Source: Lepidodermella squamata
Lineage: Eukaryota > Animalia > Gastrotricha
Assembly: GCA_047495785.1 (NCBI GenBank)
Contig: JBLDXI010000013.1
Location: 3,224,001 to 3,288,000, forward strand
Reading direction: 5' to 3'
DNA length: 64,000 nucleotides
The notes under the pieces: generated by a model
What the model saw: only the letters and a program-made list of their open reading frames with translations
The model's database searches: none
Told to the model about the DNA's origin: nothing
Made by a program: the position numbers and the translations under genes
Part shown: in pieces, positions 26,663-37,851 of the stretch
Numbering within the stretch: the first letter of the stretch is position 1
Layout of the letters: each line of letters begins with the position of its first letter

Positions 26663-28290
26663 ATGATGTTTCTTATTATCCTCGCATTGCTACTATGCCA
26701 TAATACATTTGCCGAAGAATGTGATTCGGACGTCACAGTTTCAGAGGGTGAAGTCATAAAACAGGTATTGGAGAACTACTCGCCTCATGGGCGTCCGAGG
26801 CGAAAAGCCTTCGAAGCCGTCGAGGTTGGAGTGCAACTCAATCTGTTAGGCATCAAGGAATTCATCGAGCGGCAAAATTATCTAGTTCTTGAATTATTTT
26901 TCCAATTGGTTCGAAAATTTGTCGATATTTTCTTGCTTAATATCCACTATTGACCATTGTTTCAAGGACTGGTACGATGAATTCATTGTCTGGAATGACT
27001 CTTACCCGCATCGCTGTGTAGACGGAATTTTAGTTTCTAATGAACTCGTATGGAGGCCAGATTTCTATATAGCCACAGGGTGAGTCACCATTAACTTGGC
27101 AAATTGTTTGCAAAATGTTATTGTCCGGTATCCTAATAGAGACTATACATCTTTGGAAAAAGATAAAAGGATAGGTTTTAGCAAGAATGGAGATGCTGCG
27201 TACAGCCCTCAAGGAGATTTATCAATCAAGTGCCCCCTCGATCTGGTTTATTTCCCATTCGACTCCCAAATCTGCACGATTTCTTTCATGAGCTGGAGCT
27301 TGCCGAAATCAAAACTAGCGATTCGCCCTAACCAACAACCGCTCGTGAAACAGTCTCAACTTTGGTCGGAGAATGGCGAGTGGGAGCTTATGGGCAACAA
27401 GACAGATTTTATTTCTACTGATTATGGCCCTAGTGGAATTTTCCAATCTCTGGAATTTAAACTGCTTCTGAAGCGTCGACCGTTGTTCTACGTTGTAAAC
27501 ATCCTTATTCCAAGTATTCTTATTGCCGTTGTTGAAGTCGTTGTATTCCTCTTACCGGTAATTTTTATGCTCTAATAAGATTCCGCTTATTTGAAATCCA
27601 TTTCCAGATCACGGAGGTACCCAAAGTTGAAATTTCTTTCACTTGTCTTTTGGCTTACGCTGTATTCCTCAACATGATTTCATCTGAACTACCAAAGTAA
27701 GCCTCACCAACCCAACATGAATGACGGGGGAACGGAATTTCCACACGTTGGTTCAAGTTTGTTTTGGGGAGGGGGTGATCACGTTCCCCCGTCACTCTAG
27801 CTACTAGCCAATTAATGTGAAAATTTCAGATCCAATGCGGGAATTCCTTTACTGTCGCTCTATACAATTCTTATGGTGAGATATTTCATGTGATATTTGA
27901 ATGATAATTCCGTCAATTTTTCTTTAACAGATGACTTATATCGGTGTGATCGCGTTGATCAGTCAAGCCGTTGTGGTAGCCACAGCTCATGGCGCAACAA
28001 AACGACGGAAACCACCGCCCAAAGTTCTTCTATTCCTCGCTGGACCCATCGGAAAAATTCTGTGCCTTCCAGGTGAAATTACACTTCATTCACAGCCGCC
28101 TAACTCCGACACCAATGACGGCAGAATTTCTGATGATACTGCAAAATACTTGAAGAAGAGAGTTATACGGAAGCAGTGGAACTTTATCGCTCAAGCACTG
28201 GAACGTTCAAGTGCCTTGTTCTATGTTGCAGCAATCACGATAACGCCAACGGTTATGTTTTTGAGTTTGCCACAGCCTAAATCCCTTTAA
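26663..28290 (+). CDS. Cys-loop channel subunit LGIC7 (6 exons)
   Basis: CPLDLVYFPFDSQIC, SWSL, M2 VPKVEISFTCLLAYAVF, M4 KQWNFIAQALER. Confidence 0.93.
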
Positions 28291-28361
28291 TGGATCTTTC
28301 TTGCATCTGAGCATGAAATAGATTGAATAAAAAAGTGACTAGTAAAATGAGAAAATTGGTC

Positions 28362-28556
28362 CATAGTGACGCCAAGTGACGCGTCTCAAGAATAATATGG
28401 AAATCAAAACTTGTCGTTCTCAATCAAAACCGGCTCATTTTTCGCTCACTGACCTCTTTTACGAAATCATCCTCGAATACCAGCCTCTAAGACTTGCCTA
28501 TTTCTACAGGCCCTATGTTTGAATATATCTTGAGACACAGTTTTGACGTCACCATG
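28362..28556. mobile_element. 195-bp MITE with CAT...ATG termini and 2-bp (TC) TSD
   Basis: TIRs catagtgacgccaa / ttgacgtcaccatg. The paralogous LGIC5 and LGIC6 flanks read tggtcgttatt uninterrupted (near 17403 and 23148). Confidence 0.75.
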
Positions 28557-29103
28557 TCGTTATTAGAAGTTTGATTAGAAGTTTCAACAGGTATTAATCA
28601 AAATAAAAATGAAGCTTGTAATGTGTAATGTGTTATGTGTAATGTGTTATGGTCATATCATGGTTACAAATCAATAGGATACAATTTCAAACATAGTTTT
28701 TTATTGCGTGGTTCGTGGATTGTGCGGTGCGGGATCAACATTTACCATTCAGCCAGCTCTATCCGGGGCTTTCCAGGATCATATAAGAAGATATAGGACT
28801 ACGTTCTACAGAAAATAACCGCGTTTTGCCTTACCCAAATTGGCATTTACCAGGCGACGCCCAGTTATTAATAATTAATTGGTGGCAATAACACTCGCGA
28901 CTTCCTATCATCACCTTATCTTAATGGATTATGGCGCGTCACGACCCGAAACCCCTTATCGCACCTTCATTTCCAATGTCCAGCCAAAGAGTGCTTAAGG
29001 GTTCAGCTCCCACACCCACAGTTGAAAACTGAACGACTTCACATAAAAAACTAAACGCAGTATATTATAGCTGATAGTTTATGGTTTCCCTCAGTTGACC
29101 GAA

Positions 29104-30475
29104 ATGCATTTCAAGCTAGCTTTTATTGCCCTCTTTGGGCTTGTTGCTGTTTCGACTGCAAGCAAGCGCTATGATGGAGACAAAGTTTTCCAGATGATCC
29201 CACAGACCGTAGATCAGGTCAATTACCTGCGCCAGTTCGAGGATAGCGACACCGGTGATTTCGACTCGTGGAAGGAAGCGGCCCATGTTGGGGATACCGT
29301 CGACATCCGAGTCAGTGCCAAGATGGTGCCATTCTTCGCCGCTATGTTGAATGCAACTGCCATTCCTTTCCGAGTAACAGTCGACGATGTTCAGCAGTTG
29401 ATTGATCACGTCGATGCTAAAAATGCTGCGACGAGCATGTCTACTCGTGGATTCCTCGACCACCGCATTGTCGGCACGTTCGCTTCCCTCGACGACATCA
29501 ACGCTTGGATGACAACCATGTGCAGCCAATACCCCGAGAAAACAACCTGTGGCAACATCGGCGGTCAATCTTACGAGAAGCGCGACATCAACTACATCAC
29601 GATTGGAACTAAGCCAACAGGTGGCGCCAAGAAGCCGTCCATCTTCCTTGAAGGTACCATTCACGCTCGCGAATGGCTGGGCACTTCCACTCTGATCTGG
29701 ATCGCCCACAAGATGTTGACCCAATACGAAACTGACCCCGAGGTCAAGCGCATTGTTGACAAGTTCGATTTCATCATCGTTCCCGTTGTCAATGTTGACG
29801 GCTACGAATACTCGCGAAACAAAGAGCGTCTTTGGCGAAAGACTCGTTCTGTTGTTAAGACTGGTATACAGACCTGCTACGGTTGCGATCCAAACAGAAA
29901 CTGGGACCACAACTGGTCAGGTAAGACTCCACCTATAAACGATTCCTCTTGCAAATTTTGCAATGTTTACTCCAGTTGTTGGCTCAAGCAAATCCCCTTG
30001 CTCTGACACTTACCACGGTCAATATGCTTTCTCGGAGCCGGAAACTCAGGCTTTGTCTGCTTTCATCAGAAGCAAGAAGGATAACATGCTCGCATACATT
30101 GCAATCCATGCTTACTCTCAATATTGGATGATTCCCTTCGGCTCTGGAGCCAACCCTCGCACTGAAGATTACGATGAGCTAATGCGTGTTGGCAATATTG
30201 GCGTTAATGCGCTGAAAGCCACGTGGCAAAAAACTGGACTGAAAAGCCCACCCACCTGGAAAGTCGGTACTATTATGGAAGTTATTTACCCTGCAGCTGG
30301 TGGCTCCCCTGACTGGGTTAAGGACACCCTGAAGATCAAGTACGTCTACGTATTGGAGCTTCGCCCGGCATCCGGTACCTTGAACGGCTTCATCGTCGAG
30401 TCTTCTGAAATCCCAAATAGTGGCACTGAAGTATGGGCCGGTCTTGTGGCAGCTGCTGATGCTATGCAGATCTAA
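29104..30475 (+). CDS. M14A metallocarboxypeptidase CP4 (2 exons; recent duplicate of CP3)
   Basis: Highly similar to CP3; EGTIHAREW, IHAYSQ, YPAAGGSPDW, LELRP. Confidence 0.96.
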
Positions 30476-30671
30476 TTCAGAGTTGTTGAATCATTTAGCT
30501 AGATAATCGCCAAGTACAGTTTAGTAATAAGATATTTTACATTAATAATATTATGGGTTCAGTGAAATTAGGTCTCAAGAAATAAACGCAAAACCAATGC
30601 AGCTCATTTCTGGATTTTATTTATTGCCGTGTCATCGCCGGGATGCACAACAATGATGATAGGCACTCTTT

Positions 30672-31823
30672 CTAGTTACAGGCCGGGAATTCCAGTCGCC
30701 GATGGCCGAAAATAGGCGAAAATCTAGCGTCAATACATGACTCAGTGCTCGTAGCTGAGTAAGTCGGGCCAACCTTCCTATCATGCTTATGCGGTAATAG
30801 CAGAATATTTTCGAACCCAGCATCAGGCCGTGTGTCAGAAACGGTCGAAAAATTGTAAAAACTCGCCGATTTGCGCGCTGTTTCTCCATACATTTCAGGA
30901 CCCTGGTGCATCGCAAGCCTGCTCTGGCTACCCACACCCGGTAAAACAGCCGTGTCGTAGTAGGTCCTGACAGAAAGAAACTTCTTCACTTTAGGCTTAC
31001 TTTTCGGTACAATCGTTGATATTGAATGTGAAGACGCAGAAGTCACCGAAATTTCGTCATCTCGAGGGACTGGATGCGAGGGACAAGGCCGCTTCGTCGA
31101 CATGTTTATGGCTGTTGACAAGTTTTGTTGAGAATTTATGGCTCCAATTTTGTTCCATGGTGCTTGATAATAAGGCGGCGCTTTTACAGGACCACTACTA
31201 CTTCTTCTAACCCTATTGGCGACACAGTCCAAAATCGCGCCATTCGTGTCGATCGTTCCTTTGCAAAGTCTAGAAATAACGGAAAAATAACGAAAATTAC
31301 GCTCTCAGCTTTACAAACTTGGCAATGCAGAGATTTTCAGCTTGACGCCGGCGAAGAGTCATTTGCGGGTAGAGAACTTGATGGTACTGAAAGATATCTT
31401 GCTCAAAGTAGTCATCGCCAGTCACCAAATCAATGATTTTCCATAACAGACCGACAACAATTGATAGGCAGAACAGAAATAACATAGAATTGACGAGCAA
31501 CGGCGTCGTCCAGCCATGATCGTGGCCATCGGTGTCCACCAAAGGCTGGGAACAATTTCGTGTGATATGGTGGAATCAAGTTAAGATTTTACCTTTCCAA
31601 GAAGGCCAAGGCCCGATATTTGCGACTGGGGCATCAGCATGGTGTTGCCGTGCTCGTCGACAAGCGTTACGTAATCTGCTCCCGACAGGTCGACGCCTTC
31701 AAAATGACCATGGCCGTCATCAATTTTAACCGCCATTTCCAACAAGTGTTTGAGCGAGACAACAGATTCGGGCGTCGTCATGTGGTGCCCGTGAACATCG
31801 TGCATCGATTGGGTCGTCGCCAT
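30672..31823 (-). CDS. Putative spliced single-pass membrane protein of unknown function (~3 exons)
   Basis: Three consecutive minus-strand ORFs separated by intron-sized gaps with GT/AG ends; one hydrophobic segment LLVNSMLFLFCLSIVVGLLW. No family recognised. Confidence 0.45.
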
Positions 31824-32991
31824 TTCGCCAGAGAAAATAAATCACAAATGACAAAACAGAAATTAGATCCATGTTTTTCAAGTATATACTTATGTCAAAG
31901 GATTATTTTATAAGTAGGAGTGCAACTTGCCTTTTGGTTGAATATTGACCTTATACGGCATTGAATTACTGCTAAGCTTCGGCTTATATACCCAACGGCG
32001 CAATAATTAGCACATCTAATTGGCCAAACAATTTGGATGGAGTTGCACTTTTTCCTCAATTTTGAGCACTTGATACGCCTTAAATTTCCAATATACTAAG
32101 GATTATGGCGCGCCGTAATGATGCATCGATTTCGCATATTATGAGACGCTCGTTTGCGTCGTGCGATATTTATATCTGTCTCGTATAAAACGAACAGCCA
32201 TTGTCGAACGAGACTGCTCTAAATTATTAATCTTTACCGGTTTGGTTAATGATAAGTACACGCCGGCTATTTAACAGCTTCTTTTCAAGAAATGCACCAA
32301 GAAAATTTCCTCGAGGCTCAAACCTATTTGCCACGGAGGTCATTGATCATTGATCATTTTAATAGAGATGCGGGATATCCCTGTTTGAATTATTCAATTT
32401 GAAATATTACATCTTTAAATCATACTTAATTGGTTATGAAAGACGCAACTCAAGAAAAGGTACCTCGTTAAATTTGATTTCTTTCGGAAAAGCCCACCGC
32501 AGCAGATGCTGTTTCATTACTCCTGCTTTTATTAGAAAGTTTTGAAGAATTTAGCGTGATTATGATTTTGCAGAAAAAGTCACTCGAGATTTGAATTCGA
32601 CCGATTGAATGATGAAAAGGATTCCGCAAATTAGTTACACTAGAGTCTTGTGTCGGATCTGCCAGCAACTGCAGCAATAGATGAGAGGGCACACTCTCGA
32701 CACTCGTACGCTATTATTGATTGGGTATTCGGATACTATTCACGGAATTCATGGGGGTGAACTTTAATGGGTGAGTTCGCTGGTCATATCCCACAGAAAA
32801 TTCTTTGGACACATCTCGATCGTTAGAAAAAAATAGAATTGACGTCATAGAGATTCCTTTAACACGTGTCTTTTTGACGCAGTTCCTGTTGAAACGTGAC
32901 TTAAGGCTGGTTCACTATTCCGAGGGTTTTGCGCTAAGGTCTTAACCGCGCTCAAAAGTCTGCTGCAAAACTATAAAAATATCAAAAAGAA

Positions 32992-35440
32992 ATGAAAATC
33001 TTCTTGGCATCTTCTTTACTTGCTATTCATTTAACAGAAGTGGCATCAGCTGCTGTCATCCCTATGAGCAGCCCAATGCCGAAAATTCAAAGCCCCAACG
33101 TAAGCGACGCAAGTCGGAACAAAACTATTCGCATTCTCACTTCAATGTCCTACGGCGGCCTTTTTTCATTCGGTCCAACAATATCAGTCCCGCAACAACT
33201 GGCGCTCGACTGGCTTCATTCACAACCCGACTGGCTGCCTGGGTATCGACTTGAATGCGATCTTGTTGACGATGAAGTATGCAAGCTTAAACCTCTGCAA
33301 TATTCATAAATAATTTTCTAATACCCTATTGCAGGTTGATGACGCCAAAAACCTCGTGAATGTATTCAATGAACTTCGGAGCGGAGCTGAGAGCCGTTTA
33401 CCTTTGATAAGCCCGATGGAATATCCGCTTTTCAGTAATCTGATTACAGCATACGCTTTGAAACACTACAACATGGTTGGGGTCAATATCTACCCGCTGC
33501 CGGAAATGTACGGCGTGAGAGACCACCTGCCGAATTACTTTACATTCGGAGAGAAACAAGACTACTATCAAGAATCCGAGGCGATTTTCATCGCGAAGAT
33601 GGGCTGGCGGCGAGCAGCTATTCTAACCGATACGAATGCTTTCAATGTCATTACTGAAGGGGCCCATATCGAAAATTTGGAGGCTAACAATATCAGCCTA
33701 GTCTACTTCGCAAAATTTCGAGAAGGCACAACCGATGAATACGAGTTGGATTCAACCTTTGAAGAGTTAAAACTGCGAGAACCTCGAATAATCATGAATT
33801 GCGCTGTCAACAGTCTGACAATGGCTTGCTATCTATGGAAATATGGTATGTATGGCCCAGATTATGTCATCATCACATACTCATGGACTAGCTTCGACGA
33901 AACATCGGATATACCAGATTTTGTCGCCAGCTGGTGTACAAGGGAAATCCTTCTCGAGGTTCTCGATGGGATGTTGTTTTTCGGTGATGCGCCTTTGGGC
34001 GACTACTATGGCTTGGATTACAAAGACGTGACAGGCCGGACAAAGCAGGGTATTATGGACGAAGTAAAGACTAGCGTTGATCATCCAGAGCAAGCCCTCG
34101 GTTCGGACTACTGGATAGCTATTTACTACGATCGATTGATAATCCTGGGAGCAATTCTGAACTACACCGAAACCGCTCTGAAAAGGTACAATATGACCTT
34201 GGAGGATTGGACAACAACTTCGGACAACTACGCTCGTGATCCTGAGTTCATTGTGAACTTGCTGAAGGAATCAGTTTATAAGGTGAATATATCTGGAGTT
34301 CGGGGCGAATGGAGCTACGATCGCTACAATCATTGGTCAAATGGTAGTATGCCAATCGTCTACACTCAAACAAGGATTATAGACGGCAACAGGAGCGTTC
34401 AGGAGCCAGTTGCTTTCTATAAGTCAAACTTAAAGGGCGAGAAAACTCAAATCAACCACGCAAGGTTCATTTGGCGTACCAATGACGGGAAAGCTCCTAG
34501 GGACCGTCTTATTCTAGTCAATATTGAAAAACCTCTAATATCGCCTAGTATCAGCATCGTCTTCTACGTTTCCGGATGTTCAGCAATTGGCAGTATAGCA
34601 ATTGTTGCCTTCTTCTCATCTCGTAAGCGCCGTCTCAATCACTGGTTGGCTACAATCCTGATATCTGACTTTGTATTGGCCTGCCAAATCTTTGCTATTC
34701 CTTATACTATTTCAAGTCAAGGTGTGGCGTTGCATTGCTCTGCCATCGGAATTATCGTTGTCCTTGGATTCTCCAGCTTGATTGCGGCGAGTTCTCACAG
34801 AATCAATAACAATATTTTAGGGGTGAAAAGGTACCCAAGGGTGGTCAAGTTGAAATTTACCACAGCGGCATTATTACTCGGCCAAATATTAAATCCCGTG
34901 ACACTATTTGCAGTAGCGCTTTTTAGTCACCCTATTGAGACTGTCTTGAGAAACACATCTTTAGAGTACTCCAAGACAGATAGAAGCTTGGCCTTCAATT
35001 TCCAAGTTCAGGAATGCCTGGTCATTGAATCGATTCTTTCATCAAATACGACCACTGGATTGGTATCCGCTGCTGGATTTGTCATGATGGCCTCAATAAT
35101 TCGTGCAATTCTACTAGCATTCAAGGCCCGATCAATCCTAGGCAAAACGATTGTACCTAAACGATCGAGAAACCTGCGACTGATCACCATAATGAATGAG
35201 TTGAAATACGATTACATGTTCATCTACACTCTGGTCATTTTTATAATTGCTGGTGTGCTGGTCGGTGTTCTGGTCGGGTCCAGCAGCTCTTTGCTAGTGA
35301 TATTGGTTTCGGTGTTGGCGTTACTCGTTGTTTCAATGAACGTGATGCTCGTCGCGCTGGCAATGACTGCAAAAAATGAACCAATCGCCCTAAGACTATC
35401 GAGCGCTGTACGTTTTCTAACAGTGGTGCGGATTCGGTAA
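32992..35440 (+). CDS. Divergent class C GPCR, GABA-B-like (Venus flytrap + 7TM; intron 33277-33334)
   Basis: Signal peptide; WLPGYRLECDLVDD, MGWRRAAIL, EPRII, YGMYGPDYVII and GKAPRD (flytrap-to-TM linker), followed by multiple hydrophobic helices. No cysteine-rich domain. Confidence 0.8.
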
Positions 35441-36117
35441 GCGCTGTGAACCTGTTCGGAGTCTGTTTCATTAACTTGTGACTGGTGGGATGGGATTTTC
35501 TCTTTTGATGTAAAAACAGTAGTTAATTGACTGTCCCAACCTCAAGTGATTTTTTATATCGAATCGTTTCGGAAACTTTCTATTATTTGGAAAATTCCCA
35601 CTTCTTGAATTATTGCGCAGTATCGGCAATTACAAGAATAAACACAATGTAGTCAGGGAGTTTTTTGTAAATGAAACCTTGGTTTCAAGTTGTCACTTTC
35701 CAATAGGTATATCATTCTCATGGGATTCCGATTAGCTTTCCGATAGCCAGCTAAAGGCTTTATTTTGATGAACACATAATATCATATATCAACCTTTGTC
35801 ATGCTACACGTTTTCGTGATGTGATCAACGTAGTTAAAGCTCTAGGAATGCCTGAAAAATTGCTTGTAAGAAAGTTTTTTACATTCTTCACTTAATTTAA
35901 GAAAACAGCAGTCAAGTAAAAAACAGTGAAGCTTAATTCGGAATTTTTTATAGTTGTGTTTCAGTCAAGTTCAAGAGGACTGGATCGCCATTTTCAGCGA
36001 AAAATCTTCCCAAGCCGTAATCGCTTCACGATTTAGGTGAAAAGAACGAAATATCCTGCATTTGGCACAATCACCACTGCATTCTTTATTTTCCCATTGT
36101 CATCAATTTAGAACATT

Positions 36118-37585
36118 ATGAAGTCGATATTCATTTGTTTTTTAACTTGTTTCATCGCACCCATCACATGTTTCAAAAATGTTGGCAATGAAAGCGTAAA
36201 TTTGTGTTCCATATTCACAATGCACAATGAAAGTCTTAATTCAGGCATTCAACGAAGCCGTAGTCTCGGGCCAACTGCCAACCGTTCGCCAAATGATCAA
36301 CTTGGGTCTGGTCAACGCAAATTCAACTTCGAAATCCTCAGCGCTTGTCAACGCAGTGCGGACTAACCAAAGCTACGAAATGGTTGAGTTTCTTCTGCTA
36401 AAAGGAGCCTACGTCGAAGCGAGAGATGAAAGTGCTCAAGTTAGAAGCGCATACCTCTGGGCTGCAAGAAACGGCCGGTTGGATCTGGTGAGACTTCTTG
36501 TTGAACAGTACAATGCAAGGACTGATGTCCGAGACAGCCGAAACAATACAGCTTTGATGGCTGCTTTCGATGGCGAAGTAACCCCGAATTATTTAAGATT
36601 AGTCTACTACTTGTTGCCGTTTGAATCGCCGAATGACACGAATTCCGACGGTTTAACCGCTCTTCACCTTCTCAGCCGAGTGCAATCGACTGACCCTGTC
36701 CCTTTTGCGAAATTGCTGATCGAACAGTTCAAAATGGATGTCCATGCGAGGGATAACGAAGGCAACACGCCGTTACTCATCGCAGCTAAAACTGGCTATT
36801 CTCTAGCTTTACTGCAGTACCTCGTTGATCAAGGAGCTCATAAACAGGCGAAAAATAATGAAGGCAGTAACATGTTGCTTCAGGCTTGTCAGATCGATAA
36901 GGCGGAATTAGGTATCTTAACCTTCATAAAATTCGCCGTTGAAATAGGCGGAAATGATGCAAAATCAAAGACGACTAAATATGGAACCGCTTGTGACTAT
37001 CACCTACAGTGGCGAGGTGGCACTCAGGTTGACGACACGGTTATCGTCGACATACTGAAATATTTGGTCAGTAAAGGCTATGCTATCAACGCCAAGTCCG
37101 GACCTTATGGTTATACGCCACTAATGTCAGCTGCTTCATCTAGTAATAGAAGACCGGTGGTGCTGGCCTTACTATTAGACATGGGTGCTGATGTGAATGC
37201 GACAAATTATCAAGGCGAAACAGCTTTGGATCTCTCTGTTCCAATCAGCAAGGTGGATTTGCAGAGAGCAGTTTCGGGCCATGAGTTAGGGGCAACTACT
37301 GCGAACTATCGTCATAATTCAACAACAGAAATGTCTTCGGCAATTGCGATGAAACTGCTTAATTTCACCGCAAGTACTAACCGATCGTTAACGCCCAACG
37401 ATGATTTTGGCCTACAGCAGCTTGTCACTGAGATTATATCGGGGGCGAGATCAACTACAACTCCGAAGTTGACAACGACACAATATGTTAAAAGCACTGT
37501 TCGGAATCAAAATCAGGATAGGCTCAACGCTGTGAGTTTTCTTTATTATGCTGGTAGAGATGTGATATCTGTTACCGTGACGTAG
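36118..37585 (+). CDS. Ankyrin-repeat protein with a predicted signal-peptide exon (intron 36196-36244)
   Basis: Multiple ANK motifs (NNTALMAA, GLTALHL, GNTPLLIAA, GYTPLMSAA, GETALDL). A phase-0 GT-AG intron joins MKSIFICFLTCFIAPITC... in frame. Confidence 0.85.
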
Positions 37586-37851
37586 CGTAGTGAGTCAGTT
37601 TGAATTGCAAGGTGATAACTGATAACTCAATCATATGAGAAAGTTCACGATTTTAGAAAAGTGGGTAATATTGGGCTCTTACTTTCAATGAAATAACGAA
37701 TTTGTTTCTGAAATCAACCGATGAATCATCAATTAGCTCACCTAATTTTTGACCCCCAGCTTATTCCTAAATATGGCTGTAATATTTAGCTGTGTTCTCT
37801 TTCCAATATATCTACGTTTTTATACATCTGTTCTCTCTCATATTTTTTCAG

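Noticed and set aside
3075-28290. Assigning nAChR alpha, 5-HT3 or GABA-A/GluCl gene names to the channels
   Set aside because: No loop-C Cys-Cys, no GEK and no PAR motif; orthology cannot be supported without a phylogeny.
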